The position numbers were made by a program, and so were the translations under genes. Shown here piece after piece: positions 1 through 10,501 of a stretch of DNA of 32,000 nucleotides; positions within the stretch are counted from its first letter, which is position 1, and every line of letters starts with the position of its first letter. Below the pieces are notes generated by a model. It was not told where the DNA came from and made no database searches. It saw only the letters and a list, made by a program, of their open reading frames with translations. The stretch spans positions 30,001 to 62,000 of the forward strand of contig CP043989.1 of the NCBI GenBank assembly GCA_015134435.1, read 5' to 3'. The stretch is from Candidatus Saccharimonadota bacterium. GTDB taxonomy: Bacteria; Pseudomonadota; Gammaproteobacteria; Enterobacterales; Enterobacteriaceae.

Positions 1-1
1 A

Positions 2-1540
2 ACTTATGGAAATATAATAGATTTTTTAATGCGTTTTAATCATATAAATTTTTTAGATAGTATAAAAGAATTATGTAATATTAATTGTTTAGATTTTAAA
101 TTTAATTATTTAAATTATAATAAAAAGTTATATGATAATAAAAATTATTATTTAAAATTAATTTTAAAAATTTGTAATATTTATCATAATTCTTTATTAT
201 TTGATAAAGAATCTTTTTTTGTTAAAAATATATTATTTAATAGAGGTATTAATATTAAATTAATAAAATTTTTTTTAATTGGTTATTCTTCTAAAAAAAT
301 AATAAATAAAATAAATTATTATTTTAATAAAAATGAAATTAAATTTTTTATTAAATTAGGTATTTTAAAAAAAAAATCAAATAAAATTTATGATAGTTTA
401 TATAATCGTATTATATTTCCTATATATGATATTTATAATAGAATTATAGCTTTTAGTGGTCGTACGATTTATAAAAATTATAAATATAAGTATATTAATA
501 TTAAAAAAAATTTATATTTTAATAAAAAATATTGTTTATATGGTTTTAATTATATTAGAAAAAAAAATTTAAAATTAAATAAAATATTAATAGTAGAAGG
601 TTATTTTGATGTAATAACTTTAAATAAATATGGTATATATTATGTAGTTGGTTTATTAGGATCTCATATATGTATTAAACAAATTATTTTTTTATATAAT
701 TATACTAATAAAATTATTTTTTGTTATGATGGAGATGAATCTGGTTTAATATCTACTAAAAAAACATTATTTTTAATGTTAAAATATATTAATTTAAATA
801 AAAAATTATATTTTATTTTTTTACCTTCAAATTATGATCCTGATTTATTTATTAGAGAAAATGGAATTTTAAATTTTAAAAATAAGATTAATAAAGCTAA
901 ATCATTGTATGATATATTATGTTATTGTATATTAAAAAAAAATTGTTTTTCTTATGAAAATAAAATTTTTTTTGTAAATAAATTTTTATCTTTTATTAAT
1001 AAAATAAATTCTCCTTTAATAAAATTATTTTTATATAATAAATTATATAAAAAAGTTGGATTAAATCAAAATAAAATTATTAGTATAATAAAAAATTTTT
1101 ATAATAATAAAATATTTATTAAAAATAATAATATTTTTCGTTATTTAATAAGTATATTATTAAAATATACTTATTTATCTAATTATATAAATATAAATGA
1201 TAAAATATTTAATTTAATATATATATATAATTTATCTTTATTTTTAAAAATTGTTAATATATGTTTATTTAATAATAATATATCTATATTAGGTATTATG
1301 AATTATTTTAATAATAATAGAATAAAATTTTATATAGAATATTTATATATAAATAATTTTATATATATAAAAAAAAATAATGAAAAATTTGTTTTTTTTA
1401 ATATTTTAAATAAATTAAAAATTTTTTTAATTAATAAAAAAATAAATTTTTATTATTCAAAGTATTCTATATCTAAATGAAATATAAAAAGAAAAAAAAA
1501 AATATGAAATTTAATTAAATTAAAAAATTTTATTTTATAA
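2..1540 (+). CDS. dnaG: DNA primase DnaG, 5'-truncated by the window edge
   Basis: The frame is open from nt 2. TYGNIIDFLMRFNHINFLDSIKEL aligns with the segment after the primase zinc finger (E. coli ...GNAIDFLMNYDKLEFVETVEEL). TOPRIM motifs ILIVEGYFDV and CYDGDESG follow. The ORF-track end at 1480 is a TGA; read as Trp, the frame continues to TAA at 1538-1540. The 3' end is therefore 1480 or 1540 depending on the code. rpoD lies immediately downstream, as in the rpsU-dnaG-rpoD operon. Confidence 0.88.
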
Positions 1541-1665
1541 TTTTTTTAAAAAATTATAATTATTTTAAATTATAATTTAAATAAATATTTATTATAAATA
1601 ATAAATTTATAATATAATATAAATATATTAATATTTAATTAAAATTAATAATTTATAAAATTTAT

Positions 1666-3144
1666 ATGATTAAAATGAATAAAATAAATTTATTAACTAG
1701 AAAAGATGAAATAAATATAGCTAAACGTATTGAAAAAAATATTTATAATACTCAATTTTATTTAGCTAAATTATTTAAATCTATATATTTTTTTTTAAAT
1801 CAATATTATTTAGTAAAAAAAGGTAAATTACGTTTATCTGATTTAATAATAGGATTTACTGATTATGATTTGAATTATTATATTAATAATAATATTAAAA
1901 AAAAAAAAAATAATAAAAATTTATATATAAATTTTATAAATTTCAGTATTATTGAAAAAAAATTTAATTATTTAATTTTTCAATATAATATATTAAAAAA
2001 ATTTATTAAAAAATATACTATAAATCATCCTTATACAATATATGAATGAAATAAATTGATAAAATTGTTTATGAAATTTAAATTATCTCCTAAACAATTT
2101 AATTATTTATTATATAAAATTAATAATATTATTAATTTAATAAATATTAAAGAAAAAGAAATTTTTAATTTATGTATAAATTATTGTTTTATTTCTAAAA
2201 AAAAATTTTATAAAAATTATTTTAATTATGGTACTAATCCTATATGATTAAAAAAAATATTTAATAATAATAAAATATTTTTTAAAAAATTTAAAAAAAT
2301 TAAAAAAAAGTTAAAAAAAAAATTAAAATATTTGTTTTTAATAGAAAAAAAATTTGGATTAAGTATATATAATATAAAAAAAATTAGTAAAAATTTAATA
2401 AATAATGAATTAAAAATTAAATTAGCTAAAAAAGAAATGGTTGAAGCTAATTTAAGATTAGTTATTTCTATTGCAAAAAAATATACAAATAGAGGTTTAC
2501 AATTTTTAGATTTAATCCAAGAAGGAAATATTGGATTAATGAAAGCTGTTGATAAATTTGAATATAAAAGAGGTTATAAATTTTCTACTTATGCAACTTG
2601 ATGAATACGTCAAGCTATTACTAGATCTATTGCTGATCAAGCTCGTACTATTAGAATTCCTGTTCATATGATTGAAACAATAAATAAATTAAATAGAATA
2701 TCTAGACAAATTTTACAAGAAATTGGTCGTGAACCTACACCTGAAGAATTATCTAATTATATGTCTATTTCAAAAGAAAAAATTAGAAAAATATTGAAAA
2801 TAGCAAAAGAACCTATTTCAATGGAAACACCAATTGGTGAAGATGAAGATTTACATTTAAGTGATTTTATAGAAGATTCTTCTTTAAAATTACCTTTAGA
2901 ATCTGCTACTTCTGAAAATTTAAAATTTATAACTAATATTGTATTATCTAGTCTTACTCCAAGAGAAGCTAAAGTTTTAAGAATGCGTTTTGGTATTGAT
3001 ATGAATAGTGATCATACATTAGAAGAAGTTGGTAAACAATTTGATGTTACTAGAGAAAGAATAAGACAAATAGAAGCTAAAGCTTTACGTAAATTACGTC
3101 ACCCTAGTAGATCTGATTTATTACGTAGTTTTTTAGAAGATTAA
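1666..3144 (+). CDS. rpoD: RNA polymerase primary sigma factor (sigma-70 family)
   Basis: Four ORF-track pieces (1666, 2056, 2332, 2668) share one frame and are separated only by TGA. The joined sequence reads [61 protein letters not shown], with WW encoded by TGA TGA at 2599-2604. Region 4 ([15 protein letters not shown]...[30 protein letters not shown]) is intact. The N-terminus [15 protein letters not shown] matches region 1.2. Confidence 0.97.
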
Positions 3145-3188
3145 TTTTTTATTTTGTAGTTATAAAATTTTATTGATATAATATAAAT

Positions 3189-3752
3189 ATGAATATATTA
3201 GAATATATAAATAAATTAAATATTAAAAAAAAAATGGAATCATGTTTAAATAATTTTAAAAAAAATATAAATAAATTTAATATTAATTTTTTAGATTCTA
3301 GCATTATTTCAAATTTGTTAATAAATTATTATAATAAAAAAATTTTTTTATATAAATTATCTAAAATATCTATAGAAAAAAAAAATTGTTTTAGAATTTG
3401 TTTATTTGATAAAACTATTAAAAATATAGTTAAAAAATCTATTTTATCTTTAAATTTAAATTTAAATATAAATGAAGATAAAGATGATATATTAATTTTT
3501 ATTCCTCCATTAACAGAGGAAAAAAGATATTATTTTATTAAATTATTAAAAAAAGAATTTGAATTATCAAAAATTTCTATTAGAAATGTAAGAAAATATT
3601 TTAAAAATAAAATTAAATTATTAATTAAAAATATTAATATTAGTAAAGATGAAGAAAATAAATTAAATTTTTTATTACAAAAAATTACTAATTTATATAT
3701 AAATAATTTAAATATTTTATTTTTAAAAAAAAAAGATTTTTTAAAAAAATAA
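3189..3752 (+). CDS. frr: ribosome recycling factor
   Basis: The product is 187 aa, against about 185 aa for Frr. Motifs PPLTEEKR, IRNVRK and ISKDEE align with E. coli PPLTEERRKDL, VRNVRRD and ISEDDD. Confidence 0.9.
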   Translation: MNILEYINKLNIKKKMESCLNNFKKNINKFNINFLDSSIISNLLINYYNKKIFLYKLSKISIEKKNCFRICLFDKTIKNIVKKSILSLNLNLNINEDKDDILIFIPPLTEEKRYYFIKLLKKEFELSKISIRNVRKYFKNKIKLLIKNINISKDEENKLNFLLQKITNLYINNLNILFLKKKDFLKK

Positions 3753-4195
3753 AATTATTTTATTTATTTTTTTAATATTATTTAATAAATTAATAAAAAT
3801 TATAAATATTTATTATAAATTTTTTATATTTATTATAAAAATTTAATATTATTTAATAATATTATTTTATTTTTTTATTATAAATAATTTAAAAATATTA
3901 ATTTATATATAATATATATTTTTTATTATAAAAATTATTAATATATTAATTAAAATGTTTTAATTAATATTTAAAATAATAATTTTCAATAAATATTTAA
4001 TAAATAAATATATTTTTTAAAAAATTAATAAATAAAATTATATATTTAAAAATTTTTATTATAATTATTATTAAATTTTTTAAATATATTATTTTATTAA
4101 TATAATAAAATATTTAAAAATATATTTTAATTAATTATTTTTATTTTATTATATATAATAAAAAAAATTAATTTTTTTATAAACATGATTAATAA

Positions 4196-6604
4196 ATGAA
4201 AAAGATTTTTATAGTATTGTTTTTATTTTTAATTTATTCTAATTCTTTTGCTAATAAGATTTATAAATTAAAAAATATTATTTTTAATATTAAAAATAAT
4301 AATATTAATTCTTATTATTATAAAAATATATTAAAAAAAAAATTTGGAAATTATATATATATAAATGATTTATATAAAATTAAAAAATTTTTATATAAAT
4401 TAAATCATTTTAGTTATATAAATTTTTTAAATTTAAAAAATAATAAAATATTATTTATATTAAAATATAAATATATAATTAATAACATATTAATAAAAGG
4501 TAATAAAATATTTAATAATAATAAAATATTTTTTTTTTTAAATAAATTTAAAATTAATTATTTTAATTTTTTAAATAATTTTAATATATTTAAATTTAAA
4601 ATTTATTTAATTAATAAATATAAAAAAATAGGTAAATATAATGTTAAAATAAATTTTTTTAAAATTAATTTAAATAATAATAAATGTTTATTAAAATTAG
4701 TAATAAAAGAAAATAATTTTTTTAAATTAAATAATATTTATATATTAGGTAATAATAGTATTAAAAATAATATTATTTTATCATTAATTTATAATAATAA
4801 TTTTATATTAAATTTTTTATTTTCAAATAATTTTTTATATAATAAATTTTTAAAAAAAATAAATAATTTAAAATATTATTATTTTATTAATGGATATTTA
4901 GATTTTTATATTAAAAATATAAAAATTAAAATTTGTAAAAATAATATATTAAATATTTTTATAAATTTATTTGAAGGTGAAAAATATAAAATATATGATA
5001 TTATATTTAAAACTAATATTTTAAATAATAATGAAATATTAAATAAAATAAAAAAAAAATATTTTAAAAAAAATATATATTTTAATTATAAAATAATAAA
5101 AAAAATTATTTATAATATTAATATTTTTTTTAATAAAAAAGGTTATATTAATTTAAATTTTAATATAAAATATAAAAAAATTAATAAAAATAAAATTATT
5201 TTTTTTATAAATATAATTTTTGAAAAAAAATTTTATATTAATAAAATTTTATTTAAAGGTAATAAAAAAATTAAATATATTTTTTTAAGAAAAAAAATTC
5301 CTATTTTAGATGGTGAATTATATAATATATATTTAATTAAAAAAGGTTTATTAAATTTAAAAAATACTAATTTTTTTTCTTTAGTAAAATTTAAAAAAAA
5401 AATAATTAATGATAATAAAGTTAATATTATTTATAAAATTATAGAAAATAAAAATAATAATATTTTTAATTTTAATATTGGATATGGAGAAAAAAATAAT
5501 ATATATTATAATATTTTATTATCTAAAAAAAATATTTTTATTAATAATAGTTTATTAAAAATAAAAAATTTAAATAATAAATTTGGTAAATTTTTAAATA
5601 TTTCTTTTATTTATCCAATTAATAAAAATAATTTAATATATTTTAAACATAAAATTTTATTAAATAATTTATTATATGATAATTTTAATGATTATGGATA
5701 TTTAAATTTAAATTATAATTTAGAAAATAGTTTAATATTTTTAATTAATAAAAATTTTAAATATAAATTAGGTTTAAATTATAACTATAATTATTTATAT
5801 AATATAAAATCAAAATTATCATATATAAAGTATTTTAATTTTATTAAAAATAAATATAATTTAAATTCTTTAAATAATAAATTTTTTGTAAATGATTTTT
5901 TTTTAATAAATAATTTAATTTTTAATAAATTAGATAATAAAATTTTTCCTACTTTTGGTTATTATTTAAATTTATATAGTAAATATACTTTATTTAATTT
6001 AAATAATAATTATTATAAAATATATTTTTCTTTTTTAAATTATATTCCTTTAAATAAAAATAAAGAATGGATATTATCTATTTTTAATAATATAAATTAT
6101 ATTAATAAATTAAATAATAAAAAATTACCTTTTTATGAATATTTTAATTTATTTAATAATATTTTTTTAAGAGGTTTTAATTATAAAAATATTGGTTTTA
6201 AAGAAATATTTATAAATTCTAAAAATTATAAATGTAAAAAAAAACAAAAAATATGTTTATTAAATAATTTTTTTAATAATAATTTTATGTTATTTAATAA
6301 TATAGATATTATTATTCCAAATAAATATTTTTTTAATAATTATTATTCTAAATATATTCGTTTATCTATTTTTTTAGATACTGGAATTTTAATTAATAAT
6401 AATATAAAAAATATTTTTAAAAAATATAAAAATAAATTTTTAAATTTTAATAATAATAAAAATATGATAAAATTATCTATTGGTAGTTCTTTAAAAATTA
6501 TAACTCCTATAGGATTATTAAATTTTTCATTTGGATTACCTATAAAATATATTAATAATAATGAAATAGATTATTTTAAATTTAATATTAGTAATTTAAT
6601 ATAA
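4196..6604 (+). CDS. bamA: outer membrane protein assembly factor BamA (Omp85 family), highly diverged
   Basis: The product is 802 aa, against about 810 aa in E. coli. It has a signal-peptide-like N-terminus (MKKIFIVLFLFLIYSNSFA) and repeated POTRA-like 'I.I.GN' segments (ILIKGNKIF, IYILGNNSI, ILFKGNKKI). The C-terminal FKFNISNLI resembles the BamA terminus FQFNIGKTW. It sits between frr and dnaE, as in the conserved proteobacterial cluster. Confidence 0.8.
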   Translation: MKKIFIVLFLFLIYSNSFANKIYKLKNIIFNIKNNNINSYYYKNILKKKFGNYIYINDLYKIKKFLYKLNHFSYINFLNLKNNKILFILKYKYIINNILIKGNKIFNNNKIFFFLNKFKINYFNFLNNFNIFKFKIYLINKYKKIGKYNVKINFFKINLNNNKCLLKLVIKENNFFKLNNIYILGNNSIKNNIILSLIYNNNFILNFLFSNNFLYNKFLKKINNLKYYYFINGYLDFYIKNIKIKICKNNILNIFINLFEGEKYKIYDIIFKTNILNNNEILNKIKKKYFKKNIYFNYKIIKKIIYNINIFFNKKGYINLNFNIKYKKINKNKIIFFINIIFEKKFYINKILFKGNKKIKYIFLRKKIPILDGELYNIYLIKKGLLNLKNTNFFSLVKFKKKIINDNKVNIIYKIIENKNNNIFNFNIGYGEKNNIYYNILLSKKNIFINNSLLKIKNLNNKFGKFLNISFIYPINKNNLIYFKHKILLNNLLYDNFNDYGYLNLNYNLENSLIFLINKNFKYKLGLNYNYNYLYNIKSKLSYIKYFNFIKNKYNLNSLNNKFFVNDFFLINNLIFNKLDNKIFPTFGYYLNLYSKYTLFNLNNNYYKIYFSFLNYIPLNKNKEWILSIFNNINYINKLNNKKLPFYEYFNLFNNIFLRGFNYKNIGFKEIFINSKNYKCKKKQKICLLNNFFNNNFMLFNNIDIIIPNKYFFNNYYSKYIRLSIFLDTGILINNNIKNIFKKYKNKFLNFNNNKNMIKLSIGSSLKIITPIGLLNFSFGLPIKYINNNEIDYFKFNISNLI

Positions 6605-6755
6605 TTATTTTATTATTTAAAAAAATTTTATTATAAATTTTATTAAAAAATTTATATTAATAATAAATATTTATATTAATAAAAAATTGAAATAAATAAA
6701 ATAAATAATTTTTTAAATAAATATTTATTTAAATAAAATTAATTAAAAAATATTT

Positions 6756-9700
6756 ATGATTTATCCTAAATTTATACATCTTAATGTTCATAGTGATTAT
6801 TCTATAAAAGATAGTATATGTAAAATAGATAATATTTTAAAAAAAGCTTATAAATTTAATATGCCTTCTATAGCTTTAACAGATTATTTTAATTTATCTG
6901 GAATTATTAAATTTTATAAAAAATCTTTATTTTATGGAATAAAACCTATATTTGGTTGTGATATAGCAATATATTATAAAAATATAAATAGTATAAATTA
7001 TTCTACTTTATTAATAATTAATAAAGTAGGTTATTATAATTTAATAAAATTAATTTCTATTGCTCATAAAAATTATAATAATTTTAATTTTTTATATATT
7101 GATTATAATTTATTATGTAAATTTAATGATGGTTTAATTTTATTATATTCTTTAAATTATTATTGTTATAATAATAAAAAATTTTTTTTTTATAATTTAA
7201 TTGATGTTAATAAACATATTTTATTTTTAAAAAAATATTTTTGTGAAAATTTATATTTACAAGTATTTCGTTTAAATCATAAAAATCAACATTTATACTT
7301 TAAAGATGTTTTATTATGTTCTAAAAATAATAATATTGATTTAGTTGCTACTAATAAAATTTTATTTTTAAAAAAAAAAGATTTTTATATAAATAAAATT
7401 CATTCTTCTATATATTATGGATGTAAATTAAAAAAAATTAATAATTTTATAAATTATACAAATCAATATTATTTTAAATCTCAAAATAAAATGTTTAATT
7501 TATTTTCTGATTTATCTATTTCTTTATTTAATACTATAAAAATTTCTTTTATGTGTAATTTTTTAATTAAAAAAAAAAAAATAATTTTACCTAGTTTTCC
7601 ATATAAATATAATTATTCATCTAATGATTATTTAAAAAAAATGGTTTTTATTGGTTTAAAAAAAAGAATGAATTTTAAAAATAATAATTTATTAAAAAAT
7701 AAATATTTATTACGTATAAATAAAGAATTAAATATAATATTTAAATTAAATATTTCAGATTATTTTTTAATAGTAATGGAATTTGTAAAATGATCTAAAA
7801 ATAATAAAATTTATGTTGGTCCAGGTAGAGGATCGGGTGCTGGATCTTTAGTAGTTTTTTTATTATATATAAGTGATGTTGATCCTATAAAATTTGGTTT
7901 AATTTTTGAAAGATTTTTAAATCTTGAAAGACAATCTATGCCTGATCTTGATATTGATTTTTGTATGAATAGAAGAGATGAAGTATTTATTCATTTAGAA
8001 AAAATATATGGAAATAATTCTTTAGCTCAAATTGTTACTTTTAATACTATGACAGCTAAATCTGTTTTAAGAGATGTTGGTAGGGTTTTAGGTTATCAAT
8101 ATCATTTTGTAGATTATTTAGCTAAATTAATACCTTCTGATGTAAATATTACTTTTAAAAAAGCTCTTATTTTAGAAAATAAATTAAATAATTTATATAA
8201 ATCTAATAAAGATATTAAATATTTAATTGATATTTCTTCTAAATTAGAAGGTGTAATTAAAGGTATAGGTAAACATGCTGGAGGAATAATAATATCTCCT
8301 AAATTAATAGATGATTTTTGTGCTACTTATTATGATAAAGATACAAATAAAATAATTACTCAATTTGATAAAGATGATATAAAATATATTGGTTTAGTAA
8401 AATTTGATTTATTAGGTTTAAGAACTTTAACTATTATAAATAATACTATTAACATAATAAATAATAATAAATATTTTAATAGTAATTTTAATATAAATAA
8501 AATATCTTTAAATAATAAAAAAAGTTTTGATTTATTAAAAAAATCTAAAACTATAGGTGTTTTTCAATTAGAATCAATTGGAATGAGGAAATTAATTAAA
8601 AAATTAAAACCAAATAATTTTAATGATATAGTATCTTTATTAGCATTATTTAGACCAGGTCCATTACAATCAGGAATGGTTGATAATTTTATTAATCGTA
8701 AAAATGGTAAAGAATGTATATATTATCCAGATAAAAAATGAGAACATAAATTATTAATTCCTGTATTAAAATATACTTATGGAATAATATTATATCAAGA
8801 ACAAGTAATGAAAATAGCTCAAATTTTAGCTAATTATAGTTTAGAAAAAGCTGACGAATTAAGAATAGCTATTACTAAAAAAAATCATAAAAAAATGAAA
8901 GTTCATAAAAAAATATTTAAAAATGGAGCTATTTTATTAGGTATAAATGGTGATTTTTCTTTAAAAATTTTCTCTTTAATGGAAAAATTTGCTAATTATG
9001 GTTTTAATAAATCTCATTCTGTATCTTATTCATTATTAGCATATCAAACTTTATGATTAAAATCTAATTTTACTGCTGAATTTTTAGTATCTATTATGAA
9101 TGCTGATATAGATAATATTAAAAAAATAATTTTAATTATAAATGAAGCTAAACAATTTGGTATAAAAATAATTTATCCTAATATTAATTTAAGTTTATAT
9201 AATTTTTATGTTAATAAAAATAAAGAAATAATATATGGTTTAGGTGCTATAAAAGGAATAGGAAAAAGTTCTATAGAACATATTATTAATATTCGTAATA
9301 AATATGGATTATTTAAAGATTATGTTAATTTTTGTAAATTAATATATAATAAAAAAATTACTAAATTAGTTTTAGAAAAATTAATTTTTTCAGGTTCTTT
9401 AGATATTTTTAAAATAAATAGATGTATATTATTTAATTATGTTAAAAAAATATTATATATTTTTAAAAATAAAAATAATAATTTAAATTTTATTCAATTA
9501 TCTTTATTTAAAAATAAAAAATCTTTAGATAATTTTATTTATAAAGATATGAAAAAATGTTCTAATTTATTAAATAAAGAAAATATATTAAATAAAGAAA
9601 AAGAATCATTAGGATTTTATTTAACTGATCATCCAATAAATAAATATATTAATTTTGTTAAAAATAAAGTTAATTTTTTTTTTATAAAAGATTTATTTTT

Positions 9701-9968
9701 TTTAAAAACAAATAATTTAATTAATATATTTGGGTTAATTACTAATATTAAATTTATATTAACTAAAAATAAAAATAATATTTGTATATTAAATTTAGAT
9801 GATAATACTAATAATATAGATGTATTAATTTTTAAAAATATATATATAAAATATTCTTCTATTATTGATATTTATAATATTATATTTTTAAGTGGTTATT
9901 TAAAATATGATAATAATAATTATAATAATATTTTTTTATGTAATACTATTAAATTAATAAAAAAATAA
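6756..9968 (+). CDS. dnaE: DNA polymerase III alpha subunit
   Basis: Four ORF-track pieces share one frame and are joined by TGA at 7791-7793, 8739-8741 and 9054-9056. The joins read [36 protein letters not shown] and [14 protein letters not shown], each matching E. coli DnaE with Trp at the TGA. The N-terminal PHP motif HLNVHSDYS is present. Confidence 0.97.
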
Positions 9969-9980
9969 ATTTTTTATTAT

Positions 9981-9985
9981 AAGGA
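9981..9985 (+). promoter_or_regulatory. Shine-Dalgarno-like AAGGA upstream of rpmB
   Basis: AAGGA lies 9 nt upstream of the rpmB ATG (9995). It is one of very few G-containing motifs in the spacer. Confidence 0.4.
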
Positions 9986-9994
9986 ATTTAATTT

Positions 9995-10222
9995 ATGTCT
10001 AAATTTTGTTTTATTACAAAAAAAAAACCTTTATTTGGTTATAAAAGATCTTATTCTATGAATAAATCAAAAAGAAAATTTTTACCTAATTTACATAATC
10101 ATCGTTTTTGAATATCTAGTAAAAAAAAATTTATAAAACTTAAATTAACTTGTAAAGCTATTAGAATTATAAATAAAATTGGGATAGAAAAAGTATTAAA
10201 AAAATATAAAAAATTTATATAA
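9995..10222 (+). CDS. rpmB: 50S ribosomal protein L28
   Basis: Not in the ORF track because of an internal TGA. The translation is MSKFCFITKKKPLFGYKRSYSMNKSKRKFLPNLHNHRFWISSKKKF... E. coli has [46 protein letters not shown]. The stop is TAA at 10220-10222. Confidence 0.95.
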
Positions 10223-10263
10223 TTTTTTTTTAATACATATTTTAATTTTAAAAATATAAAAAA

Positions 10264-10434
10264 ATGACTAAAAATAAAAGAATTAATATAAAATTATTAT
10301 CTTCTTCTGGAAGTGGACATTTTTATACTTCTACTAAAAATATAATTAATACTAAAAAAAAAATAAAATTAAAAAAATATGATCCAATAAAAAAAAAACA
10401 TTTTATTTATAATGAAATAAAAATAAATAAATAA
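10264..10434 (+). CDS. rpmG: 50S ribosomal protein L33
   Basis: The translation MTKNKRINIKLLSSSGSGHFYTSTKNIINTKKKIKLKKYDPIKKKHFIYNEIKINK aligns with E. coli [26 protein letters not shown]...[22 protein letters not shown]. It follows rpmB as in the rpmBG operon. Confidence 0.95.
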   Translation: MTKNKRINIKLLSSSGSGHFYTSTKNIINTKKKIKLKKYDPIKKKHFIYNEIKINK

Positions 10435-10470
10435 AATTAAAAATTTTAATTTTTTATTTAAATATTTTAT

Positions 10471-10501
10471 AATATATACATATATATTATATGTATATAT
10501 T
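10471..10501. terminator. possible bidirectional hairpin between convergent rpmG and the peroxiredoxin gene
   Basis: AATATATACATAT (10471-10483) is the reverse complement of ATATGTATATATT (10489-10501), with a 5-nt loop. The stem has 13 bp, only one of them a G-C pair. It overlaps the stop codon of the minus-strand gene. AT palindromes are common by chance at this composition. Confidence 0.3.

Noticed and set aside
1549-1585. Palindromic AAATTATAATTT copies between dnaG and rpoD, and many TATAAT strings elsewhere, as promoters or operators.
   Set aside because: TATAAT-like and AT-palindromic strings occur throughout, both within and between genes, so they have no discriminating power without transcript-start data.
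3806-3839. A 14-nt direct repeat ATATTTATTATAAA at 3806 and 3826, plus several TTATTATAAA-like copies in the frr-bamA spacer, as possible iterons or binding sites.
   Set aside because: The spacer is effectively a two-letter sequence. A rough estimate (about 10^5 position pairs times 2^-14) predicts several such matches by chance. There is no regular spacing or G/C-anchored core.
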